From: a virus
Taxonomy: Duplodnaviria; Caudoviricetes
Virus record (IMG/VR): IMGVR_UViG_3300025288_000065
Coordinates: 1 to 32,348 of that record
Reading direction: 5' to 3' (one strand)
DNA length: 32,348 nucleotides
A model generated the notes under the pieces. That model was not told the DNA's origin. It worked only from the letters and a program-made list of their open reading frames with translations, and searched no databases. Positions 1 through 7,490 of this stretch are shown piece after piece; the stretch's first letter is position 1; each line of letters begins with the position of its first letter. The translations under genes and the position numbers were made by a program.

Positions 1-114
1 GGCGATTTGCGCATCTTGGTTCGCAGCCATGTTGAGCGCGTTCATCGCATCGCTGATCGTGAGGGAGCCCAGCGGGATTGCGCGGGCTTCTGCGGGTGTG
101 TTCGGAAGTGCCAT
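1..114 (-). CDS. Hypothetical protein, 5' part only (runs off the left edge)
   Basis: Minus-strand ATG at 114-112 with GAGGAG SD (complement of ctcctc, 121-126); reads MALPNTPAEARAIPLGSLTISDAMNALNMAANQDAQIA, open to the edge. Confidence 0.6.
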   Translation of the reverse strand, partial: MALPNTPAEARAIPLGSLTISDAMNALNMAANQDAQIA

Positions 115-159
115 GTTTCTCTCCTCATCTCCGGGCCGCTCCCTGCGTCCCTATGAGCC

Positions 160-234
160 TAATATGGCGGTTATTCCCGCCAATGCAAGGGAGAATGACG
201 CAAATCGCCGGGGAAATGGCGGATATTTCAGCCG
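160..234. promoter_or_regulatory. Operator-like inverted repeats overlapping a probable leftward promoter
   Basis: Perfect TGGCGG-N6-CCGCCA at 165-182 and imperfect copy TGGCGG-N6-CAGCCG at 217-234. On the minus strand TTGCAT (188-183) precedes the palindrome and CATATT follows with a 16-nt spacer. Confidence 0.5.
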
Positions 235-267
235 TCATGTCGGATAATGCACGCTCGCAATCCGCAG

Positions 268-296
268 TTGCGAAAAGTCCGCGCCGCGCCTATACT
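268..296 (+). promoter_or_regulatory. Sigma70-type rightward promoter
   Basis: TTGCGA (268-273), 17-nt spacer, TATACT (291-296); near-consensus in a GC-rich context and pointing into the packaging operon. Confidence 0.65.
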
Positions 297-423
297 CACG
301 CCAGCCGCGCGGTGCGCGGTCGCAGGACGGCGAGGCTGGAGACCAGATAGCGCGTCCGACCCGGCGATTGCGCCTTGCGACACCTCACCGGAGGTAGTCC
401 GAAGAATGTCTGGAAGTCAGTGC

Positions 424-612
424 CTACTTCGGAAACAGCTTCCGGCAGTAGTGAACCTGGAGCATCGCCTCGGTCTTCGTGAGAGCCCCCCGGCTCCGCT
501 CCGCAGCGCACTCCGCATACGACGCTGGCCCCATCGCCTCCCCAACCCCATAGACTGCGACAGCGCCGAGAACGGCGCCGATGAGCATGTGGTAGAGGCC
601 AGAGGCGCGCAT
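424..612 (-). CDS. Small membrane-anchored or exported protein (moron-like), 62 aa
   Basis: ATG at 612-610 with GGAGAG SD; hydrophobic stretch MLIGAVLGAVAVYGVG, then two cysteines (YAEC...YCRKLFPK); opposite orientation to the structural operon. Confidence 0.6.
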   Translation of the reverse strand: MRASGLYHMLIGAVLGAVAVYGVGEAMGPASYAECAAERSRGALTKTEAMLQVHYCRKLFPK

Positions 613-647
613 CGTCTCTCCAAGGTTGGGCAAGGGAGTATATGGCA

Positions 648-944
648 ATGATCGAGAAGAGCGCCAGCCTCCGCGTCCGCACCATTCGCCCGACCCGCTG
701 CAACCCCATCCTCACCGTGACCACAATCCGGGAGATCGCGGAGCACAACGGGGCTGAGATGACCGAGGCGGTCACCGACGCTCGCGGCGATGGCTTCCGC
801 CTCCACTACAGGCAAAACTGCAAGCCCATCGTCGCGGGCGGGCGTATCGTCGGGTATATCCCCGGCCACCCTGGCCTCCGCGCCCGTGGCTATGTTCTGC
901 CCGGTCCTGATCTTCTCAAGAAGATGAACATCGACCCGTTGTGA
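648..944 (+). CDS. Hypothetical protein
   Basis: AAGGGAG SD just upstream, ATG at 642 or 648, G/C-ending codons, stop overlaps the next start (TGATG). Confidence 0.6.
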   Translation: MIEKSASLRVRTIRPTRCNPILTVTTIREIAEHNGAEMTEAVTDARGDGFRLHYRQNCKPIVAGGRIVGYIPGHPGLRARGYVLPGPDLLKKMNIDPL

Positions 945-1210
945 TGCCTGAAGCTCCTGTCGTCGTCTACGGCCTGATCGACCCTCGCGACGGCGCGCTT
1001 CGCTACATAGGGAAGGCGAACTGCGCCGAGAACGGCCGCAAGGTGGCCGCCGCGCGCCGGGAGTCTCCAGAGAAAGACCGGTTGTGGAGGCTTCGGCACC
1101 TTCTCGGCGTTTCCCTCTCAAAGGGGTTTGTCAGGGAGGACACGAAAGCGAAGATGCGCGCGCTCGCCGCCCGCCGCCCAGACCTGTTCGGAGATTGGGC
1201 TTACATCTGA
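944..1210 (+). CDS. Degenerate or truncated GIY-YIG-like protein, 88 aa
   Basis: N-terminal VYGLIDPRDGALRYIGKA matches the GIY-YIG signature hairpin; the later R-x3-H helix and catalytic Glu segment are not recognisable; TGATG-coupled on both sides. Confidence 0.55.
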   Translation: MPEAPVVVYGLIDPRDGALRYIGKANCAENGRKVAAARRESPEKDRLWRLRHLLGVSLSKGFVREDTKAKMRALAARRPDLFGDWAYI

Positions 1211-1758
1211 TGGCCGAGCCCGCGAAGAGTCCGAAGCGCCGCGCTGTCGCGAAGCCGCGAGAGAAGAGGATCAAGAAGAAGCCCGCCAACGGTGAGGCTT
1301 CCGCAAAGCTCGACGCCATCGGAGTTGATGCGATCTGCCATATGTTCGCAGAAGGCGAGACCTTCCGCGCCATCTCGGCTCAGGTTGGAGTGTCGAGAGC
1401 CGCGATTGCCGACTGGATCGCTGCGTCGTCCGACCGCTCCGCGCGCGTGCGCGAGGCTCGGAAAATGGCTGCGGAAGCTGAGGACGATAAGGGCTTGGAG
1501 GAGCTGACGAGCCTGCCGGCCGATCCAACGACCGGCGCGGTGGCTCGCGCTCGCGAGATTGCGCAGCATCGGCGCTGGAGGGCGAAGATGCTTGACCCTG
1601 ACCGCTACGGCGACCGTGCGACGATCGACCTGAACGCGACAATCGAGTCCGCCGACACGGCCGCGCTCCTCTCTGAGCTGGCCCAGGCTCTCAGCATCAC
1701 GCCCGAGCAGGCGAGGAAGATGGTCGGGTTCGCGGAGGGCGAGAAAGAGGCGTCGTGA
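1210..1758 (+). CDS. terS: Terminase small subunit (Sf6/P22-like HTH type)
   Basis: ICHMFAEGETFRAIS...VSRAAIADW HTH, then ARAR...RRWRAKMLDPDRYGDR motif typical of this TerS family; directly upstream of TerL. Confidence 0.85.
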   Translation: MAEPAKSPKRRAVAKPREKRIKKKPANGEASAKLDAIGVDAICHMFAEGETFRAISAQVGVSRAAIADWIAASSDRSARVREARKMAAEAEDDKGLEELTSLPADPTTGAVARAREIAQHRRWRAKMLDPDRYGDRATIDLNATIESADTAALLSELAQALSITPEQARKMVGFAEGEKEAS

Positions 1759-2501
1759 ACGACCTCACCCCTCAGCGCCTCGACCCGGCGCGTCTCGCCG
1801 CCATCGCGAAGGAACTGAGGCGCCGGGCCTCACGGATGGAACTGTCTCGGCTCTACCCGGATGAGACGCAGGAGATCGACGGGAAGACCTACCACGCCCG
1901 GAGGCTTTACCCGAAGCACCTGGCGTTCTTTCAGGCCGGCGCGCGCTATCGGGAACGCTGCGCGATGGCCGCAAATCGCGTTGGAAAAAGTATGGGGATG
2001 GGCGGCTACGAGACCGCGCTGCATCTGACTGGCGACTATCCGGCATGGTGGCCCGGCCGAAGGTTCAGCCGCCCCGTGAGATGGTGGGCGGCGGGCAAGA
2101 CGAACGAGACGACGCGCGACATCGTGCAGTCGATCCTCCTCGGTGAGATCGAGGGTTCCGGCGCGACGAAGCGCGTGAGCGGGACCGGCCTCGTGCCGGG
2201 CAACCGGCTCGGGGATCGGACGTGGAAGCAGGGCGTCGCCGATCTAATCGACACGATCAAGGTCAGGCACGCCTCGGGCGGATGGTCCGTCCTCGGGCTG
2301 AAGTCCTATCAGCAGGGCCGCGGTAGCTTCGAAGGCACCACGCAGCACGGCATCTGGCTCGATGAGGAGCCGCCGCTCGATGTCTACGGCGAGTGCCTGA
2401 TCAGAACAGCGACGACGCAGGGGATCATCATGCTGACGTTCACGCCCTTGGAGGGCCTCAGCGAGACGGTCCTGCAATTCATGCCGCGAGGAGGCGAGTG
2501 A
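1755..2501 (+). CDS. terL: Terminase large subunit, N-terminal ATPase part (P22 gp2-like), split gene
   Basis: Walker A AANRVGKS, KSYQQGR, Walker B IWLDEEPP and motif III LTFTPLEGLS; stop follows shortly after, with no nuclease domain. Confidence 0.9.
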   Translation: MNDLTPQRLDPARLAAIAKELRRRASRMELSRLYPDETQEIDGKTYHARRLYPKHLAFFQAGARYRERCAMAANRVGKSMGMGGYETALHLTGDYPAWWPGRRFSRPVRWWAAGKTNETTRDIVQSILLGEIEGSGATKRVSGTGLVPGNRLGDRTWKQGVADLIDTIKVRHASGGWSVLGLKSYQQGRGSFEGTTQHGIWLDEEPPLDVYGECLIRTATTQGIIMLTFTPLEGLSETVLQFMPRGGE

Positions 2502-2502
2502 A

Positions 2503-2838
2503 ATGTCCATACTGACCTGCGCTTGTTACGGGCGCGCTGACATTCTGCCGGGCGGGACTGTCGTGCCGGTCCTCCAGGAGGAGACGCTTCTCGCCACGAT
2601 CAAGGTGGACTTCTCCGGGGGCGCGGCGAAGGGCGGCGCGGCGATCCCGGACGGGACGCAGTATCTCGAAATCTACGCCGACGCGGCCTGTCACTGGACG
2701 GTGCAGCTCCAGAGCGCCAGCGCCGCGGCCGACACGGCCGACCACCCCCTCGGCGCCGGCGGGCTGATTTACCGGCGCATCTCGATCGCCCGCTACGGCG
2801 ACGGGACGTATGGCGTCTCCGCGGTGGCGGCCTCCTGA
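2503..2838 (+). CDS. Hypothetical beta-rich phage protein between the two terL parts
   Basis: ATG 1 nt after the terL-N stop, strong G/C third-position bias, TGATG coupling to the next ORF. Confidence 0.7.
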   Translation: MSILTCACYGRADILPGGTVVPVLQEETLLATIKVDFSGGAAKGGAAIPDGTQYLEIYADAACHWTVQLQSASAAADTADHPLGAGGLIYRRISIARYGDGTYGVSAVAAS

Positions 2839-3272
2839 TGAACACCCCCGCCGCATGGTCCGCCTCGCAGCTCGCCGCTGCGCTCGACGACGCCGCGCCG
2901 AGGCATGAGCGCAAGGCCGCGATCCGCGAGGCGAAGAAGCGCCGCCTCACCGGCGAGTGGGGGAATTGGGCGCAGGGCGATGTCCAGCCCGGCGCGCTGG
3001 GCGAGGGATGGCTGGGCTTCGTGACCGGCGCCTACTCCAACGCGGTGTTCACCGTGCTCGTCCGGCTTCTGCCGAACGGCTGCGCGCACCTCGCGATCTC
3101 CTCGCCGACCGCGCAGCCGGTGCAGCGCCGGGAAGCCGACCGCATCCGCAGGGAGATCGTGGGGGAGGAATCCGCGCTCCTCGATGTCATCGGCCCGGAC
3201 GCCGAAGATGGGTTCGATCACCTCTGGGTCGCTCCTCGCGCGCTCGTGGATCGGCTGGGACTGCACCTCTGA
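2838..3272 (+). CDS. Hypothetical phage protein between the two terL parts
   Basis: TGATG-coupled at both ends; HLAIS...RIRREIVGEE...HLWV pattern resembles a common small phage family of unknown function. Confidence 0.7.
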   Translation: MNTPAAWSASQLAAALDDAAPRHERKAAIREAKKRRLTGEWGNWAQGDVQPGALGEGWLGFVTGAYSNAVFTVLVRLLPNGCAHLAISSPTAQPVQRREADRIRREIVGEESALLDVIGPDAEDGFDHLWVAPRALVDRLGLHL

Positions 3273-4987
3273 TGGAGGGCGTGATCGAGATCAGCTCGTC
3301 CAAGGCGCTGATAACCGCCGGTTGGGACTCAGTTCCCCACCTCGACGAGCGCACCAAGGCGGAACTCCTCGCCTCGACGCCGCCGCATCTCCGCGACGCG
3401 CGCTCCAAGGGCACGCCGAGCCTCGGGAGCGGCGCGATTTACCCGGTCCCGCTCTCCGAGGTGCTGATCGACCCGTTCATGATCCCGGACTACTGGCCGC
3501 GCGCCTATGCGCTGGACGTCGGCTGGAACCGGACGGCCTGCCTCTGGGGCGCGTGGAACCCCGCGGACTGGTCGATGGTCCTCTATTCGGAGCACTACCG
3601 GGGCCAGGCGGAGGCGAGCATCCACGCCGCGGCGATCATGGCGCGAGGGAAGTGGATCAAGGGCGTGATCGACCCCGCATCACGGGGCAGGAGCCAGCGC
3701 GACGGGGAACAGTTGCTGGCGGACTACCAGAATCTCGGGCTGCACCTGAGCATGGCGAACAACTCCGTCCATGCCGGGATTGATGCGGTGTGGATGGCGC
3801 TCTCGACCGGGCGGCTCAAGGTGTTCCGGACGCTCGTGAGCTGGATCGACGAGTATCGCATCTACCGGCGGGATGAGAAGGGCGCGATCGTCAAGAAGAA
3901 CGACCACCTCATGGACTGCTTCCATGGCGATACGCTCGTCGAGACAAGCGAAGGTTTCCGGCGCATCGCGGAGATTGAGGGGCAATCAGGCTATGTCCGA
4001 ACTGTCGGCGGACAGATGGCGCCCTTCACGGAGTGCCGCCGCTATGGGCGCGACAAGAAGATCGTGAGGCTCGCATTCGCTGGTCATGGAGACATCCTTT
4101 GCACCCCCGACCATCTGTTTCTGACCCCGGATGGATGGGTCAAAGCGGCTGACATGGAAGGGAAATCATGCCATACTGCGGTATCGAGCAGCATGGGTGA
4201 TCTTGAATGTCAGTCTCAGTCATATCGGACACGATCCAAGAGTATCGGGGCCGCCGATACTATCTCTGCGGGCGATACTTCCAGAGGGATGGGGAGCGCC
4301 TCCATCGGCGCGTCTGGGCCGACGCGCACGGCCCGATCCCTGATGGATTTCACGTCCACCATGTCGATCACGACAGAAGCAACAACGCACTCGAAAATCT
4401 CACGCTTCTTCCGCACGGAGATCATGTCTCCCATCATCAGATCGGCCATCAGCGCGGCGTTCCCGATGAGGCGGTCAGCGCGGCGCGCGCTTGGCATGGC
4501 TCTGACGCTGGTCAGGCGTGGCATCGAGAGCATTATGAGGACGTCAAGCACCTCCTCCATAGGGACACCTGGATTCGCTGCGAGTTCTGCGGTTGCGTGG
4601 CAGTGGTCCGAGACACCGGGACCAATCGCTTTTGCTCCAATGCCTGCAAGACCCGCGCGCGTCACGCTTCCGGCGTCGATGATGTCGATCGAACGTGCGT
4701 CGAGTGCGGGACTGTCTTCCGCGTCAACAAATACCGGAAGACAGTCACATGCAGCCGACCCTGCGCTACCAAGGTGCTTGTCCGTAACCGAAGCCGGCCG
4801 CGCTGATGTCTATTGCCTGACGGTTCCCGGCATCGGCGCCTTCGCCGTTGGGGGCGGACTGATCGTCCATAACTGCACCCGCTATCTCGTGATGACCGGC
4901 CGAGCCGTCGCGCAGCCGGTCCCGGCGACCGAGCGCCAAGCGCAGCCCTCCGGCTTCGTGACCCTCGACGATTCCGCGGGGTATTGA
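3272..4987 (+). CDS. terL: Terminase large subunit, C-terminal linker plus RNase H-like nuclease part, intein-containing
   Basis: ITAGWDSVPHL...RDARSKGTPSLGSGAIYPV, ALDVGWNRTA, IDPAS, EYRIYRRDEKG, and after intein removal NDHLMD/CTRY. True start is the coupled ATG at 3272, not 2957. Confidence 0.9.
   Translation: MEGVIEISSSKALITAGWDSVPHLDERTKAELLASTPPHLRDARSKGTPSLGSGAIYPVPLSEVLIDPFMIPDYWPRAYALDVGWNRTACLWGAWNPADWSMVLYSEHYRGQAEASIHAAAIMARGKWIKGVIDPASRGRSQRDGEQLLADYQNLGLHLSMANNSVHAGIDAVWMALSTGRLKVFRTLVSWIDEYRIYRRDEKGAIVKKNDHLMDCFHGDTLVETSEGFRRIAEIEGQSGYVRTVGGQMAPFTECRRYGRDKKIVRLAFAGHGDILCTPDHLFLTPDGWVKAADMEGKSCHTAVSSSMGDLECQSQSYRTRSKSIGAADTISAGDTSRGMGSASIGASGPTRTARSLMDFTSTMSITTEATTHSKISRFFRTEIMSPIIRSAISAAFPMRRSARRALGMALTLVRRGIESIMRTSSTSSIGTPGFAASSAVAWQWSETPGPIAFAPMPARPARVTLPASMMSIERASSAGLSSASTNTGRQSHAADPALPRCLSVTEAGRADVYCLTVPGIGAFAVGGGLIVHNCTRYLVMTGRAVAQPVPATERQAQPSGFVTLDDSAGY
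4149..4177 (+). promoter_or_regulatory. Putative internal sigma70 promoter for the nested HNH gene
   Basis: CTGACA (4149-4154), 17-nt spacer ending TGc, CATACT (4172-4177); about 30 nt upstream of the HNH ATG. Confidence 0.45.
4207..4806 (+). CDS. HNH homing endonuclease with C-terminal zinc-binding repeats, encoded out of frame inside the intein
   Basis: LHRRVW..AHGPIPDGFHVHHVDHDRSNNALENL HNH motif; CEFC..FCSNAC and CVEC..TCSRPC; GGTGA SD at 4196-4200. The intein frame over the same DNA is S/T/A/R-rich filler. Confidence 0.88.
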   Translation: MSVSVISDTIQEYRGRRYYLCGRYFQRDGERLHRRVWADAHGPIPDGFHVHHVDHDRSNNALENLTLLPHGDHVSHHQIGHQRGVPDEAVSAARAWHGSDAGQAWHREHYEDVKHLLHRDTWIRCEFCGCVAVVRDTGTNRFCSNACKTRARHASGVDDVDRTCVECGTVFRVNKYRKTVTCSRPCATKVLVRNRSRPR

Positions 4988-4988
4988 C

Positions 4989-7235
4989 GTGCTGAAACCC
5001 GTTCCGCTGCCCGAGGAAGACGACAACGCGCCGACCGAGGAGCAGGCTCAGGCCGTCCGTGAAGCGCGGTTCTCCTCGGTCCTCTCCGCGCTCGATCAGA
5101 AGGCGCGAATCTGGGTCGGGCGGAAGCAGCCGGTGGAAGAGCGGTGGCTCAACGATCTCCGCCGATTCCATGGGCTCCATGACCGCGACCTTGAGATGAA
5201 GCTGAACAAGCTCCGCACCGCGGGACGGATCAGGTCGGATGTCGTGGTCAACGTGACCCGCGTGAAGACGAACGCGATGGCCGCGAAGCTCGTCGACATG
5301 CTGTTCCCAACTGACGAGAAGTGCTGGGACATCTCACCGACGCCTGTTCCCGAGATGGAGATCGAGACGGAGCGCCTGGCCGATGAGATGGCCGAGAAGA
5401 AGGCCGCGGTGGAAGCGGCCGAGGGGCAAGACGGTGGAGCGCCGGCGGCCGACGCCGACTATTCGCAGGTCGAGGCGGCGTTCAACGCGCTGAAGCGCCA
5501 GCAGAAGGAGGCGCTGCGCCGCTGCGAGGGGATGGAGCGCGAGATCGCCGACCAGCTCGCGGAGTCCCGGTTCTCCGCCGCCGCGCGTGACGTGATTGAC
5601 GACGCCTGCCGGCTCGGCGCCGGGATCATCGAGGGTCCGACCGTCAACACCCGACTCCGGAGGGGCTGGGTTCCCGAGGTCATGCTTGATGAGGCGGGGA
5701 AGCCGGTCCTCGATGAGAACGGCAAGCCCAAGCAGGTCTTCCGGCTGGAGTTCGGGGGCGATCCTCGCCCCTCCGCCCGGCGGATCGACCCGTGGTCGTT
5801 CTTCCCGGACCCGGACGCGACGACGATGGAGGAGGCCGAGGGCTTTCTCGTTCGTTCGCTGGAGACGAAACGCTCGATGCGGGCGCTCGCGAAGCTGCCC
5901 GGCATCAACAAGGACGCGCTCCGGAGGCTGATCCAGCGCGGGCCGACCGGCGATGCGCCTTGGTATCTGGCCGAACTGAGGGCCATCGGCGAGAAGACGG
6001 ACACCCGGACGGAGCCGCGCTTCTCGGTGTGGCGCTATGTCGGGGCTCTGGAGAGCGAGGACATCCGCGCGCTGGGCGAGTATCTGGGCGACGACTTCCT
6101 CATCGCCATGGCGGACGAGGCCGACCCGCTCGACGAGATCAACATCGTCGTGCTGTTCTGCGACGGGGAAGTGCTTCAGGTTGACCCGCACCCCTTGGAC
6201 AGCGGGGAGTCGCTCTTCTCCATGTTCTGCCTTGAGCGGGATGAAGCCTCGCTCTGGGGTTACGGCATCCCGTGGATCATCCGGAACGAGCAGCGCATCC
6301 TCTCCGCGGCATGGCGCGCGATGATGGACAACGCCGGCGTCGCGGCCGGCCCGATGATCGCCCGCTCCTCCAAGGCGAAGACCGAGGACGGGACGAACCA
6401 GATCAGGCCGTGGCAGGTATGGATCTTCGACGACGAGGTGAACAACGGCGGCGCCCGCTACACGCCGGTCTTCCCGATTCAGTTCGACATGAACCAGGGG
6501 CAGTTGGCGAACATTATCGCCATGGCGCGGGCGCAGATCGACGACGTGGCCGGCCTTCCGCAGATCCAGCAGGGCGAATACCACGAGGGGCAGACGAAGA
6601 CGGTCGGCGGGATGGCGATGATGATGTCCGCCGGGAACATCCTCTTCCGCCGCATCGTCCGGAATTGGGATGACGACCTCGCGGTCCCGCTGATCCGTCG
6701 CTTCTACGACTGGAACATGCAGCACACGACGAAGGACCACATCCGCGGGGACTACGAGACGCGCGCGCGGGGCTCCTCCGTGCTCCTTGTCCGGGAATTG
6801 CAGTCCCAGAACCTCATGTGGCTGATGGCGAACTTCGCCGACGACGAGGACATCGACATCGAGGAGGTGAAGCGGACGTTCTTCCGGTCCCTTCTCCTCG
6901 ACTCCGACACGTTCATCCGCTCCGCCGAGGAAAAGCAGGCGTGGGCGGTGGCGCAGAACGGCAAGACCGGCCCGAGCGAGGGCGAGTTGAGGCTCGCCGA
7001 GATCAACATGAAGCTCGATGTCGCCGAGATGGAGAGCGCGTCCCGCCGGGAGGTGGCGATGCTCGGGCATCAGACGGCGATGATGGGCCTCGCCGAGGAC
7101 CGGAACATCGAAGTCGACAAGCTGGCCGCCATGCTGGAGAAGGCGCGCGGCGATCGGGATGCGAAAGAGCGGATCGCCGCCGCCGAGATCGCCGACAAGC
7201 GCGTCACAGGCGTCGGCGGCGGCGGCATCGTGTGA
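4989..7235 (+). CDS. Portal protein (podovirus type)
   Basis: 748 aa directly after terL; VVNVTRVKTN..AKLVDMLFP, IDPWSFFPDPDA, LWGYGIP, TVGGMAMMM, RRFYDWNMQ, ARGSSVLL; coiled-coil C-terminus. Confidence 0.85.
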   Translation: MLKPVPLPEEDDNAPTEEQAQAVREARFSSVLSALDQKARIWVGRKQPVEERWLNDLRRFHGLHDRDLEMKLNKLRTAGRIRSDVVVNVTRVKTNAMAAKLVDMLFPTDEKCWDISPTPVPEMEIETERLADEMAEKKAAVEAAEGQDGGAPAADADYSQVEAAFNALKRQQKEALRRCEGMEREIADQLAESRFSAAARDVIDDACRLGAGIIEGPTVNTRLRRGWVPEVMLDEAGKPVLDENGKPKQVFRLEFGGDPRPSARRIDPWSFFPDPDATTMEEAEGFLVRSLETKRSMRALAKLPGINKDALRRLIQRGPTGDAPWYLAELRAIGEKTDTRTEPRFSVWRYVGALESEDIRALGEYLGDDFLIAMADEADPLDEINIVVLFCDGEVLQVDPHPLDSGESLFSMFCLERDEASLWGYGIPWIIRNEQRILSAAWRAMMDNAGVAAGPMIARSSKAKTEDGTNQIRPWQVWIFDDEVNNGGARYTPVFPIQFDMNQGQLANIIAMARAQIDDVAGLPQIQQGEYHEGQTKTVGGMAMMMSAGNILFRRIVRNWDDDLAVPLIRRFYDWNMQHTTKDHIRGDYETRARGSSVLLVRELQSQNLMWLMANFADDEDIDIEEVKRTFFRSLLLDSDTFIRSAEEKQAWAVAQNGKTGPSEGELRLAEINMKLDVAEMESASRREVAMLGHQTAMMGLAEDRNIEVDKLAAMLEKARGDRDAKERIAAAEIADKRVTGVGGGGIV

Positions 7236-7438
7236 TCGACGAGCATTCCCACACATGGCTCGCCGTAAAGGCCAGAGCCGAAGAGATCGAGGCCGAGAGC
7301 GTGCGCGCGATATGTCAGCGCGCCGCCGATCCGGTCTTCACCGAGTTCGAGAGGGGCCGACTGGCCGCCGCGCGGGCGATCATCGCCCTGGCCGCCGAAG
7401 CCCCCTCGGAACTGCCGCCAGAGGACGTGTCCTACTGA
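7232..7438 (+). CDS. Small hypothetical protein between portal and scaffold, 68 aa
   Basis: GTGA overlap with the portal stop; VIDEHSHTW...TEFERGRLAAARAII helical pattern in a typical position. Confidence 0.65.
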   Translation: MIDEHSHTWLAVKARAEEIEAESVRAICQRAADPVFTEFERGRLAAARAIIALAAEAPSELPPEDVSY

Positions 7439-7490
7439 CGGCCGACTGACCGCCGCCCTTCAAGGGCCGCACCCCCACAAGGACCAATCC

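Larger units (their letters stand above)
3917..4873 (+). mobile_element. Intein (319 aa) in the terminase nuclease domain
   Basis: Block A CFHGDTLVET, block B ILCTPDHLFLT (TxxH), block F VYCLTVPGIGAFAV, block G LIVHN followed by Cys+1; removal restores DHLMDCTRY. Confidence 0.92.

Noticed and set aside
2957-3271. N-terminal extension of the terL-C ORF in the ORF track
   Set aside because: R/G/A/P-rich shadow of the 2838-3272 gene; terminase similarity begins only after the coupled ATG at 3272.
2480-3300. Group I intron or split intein explaining the terL break
   Set aside because: The interval is fully occupied by coupled ORFs, with no room for a ribozyme core that I can see. terL-N has no intein N-fragment and terL-C has no intein C-fragment at its start.
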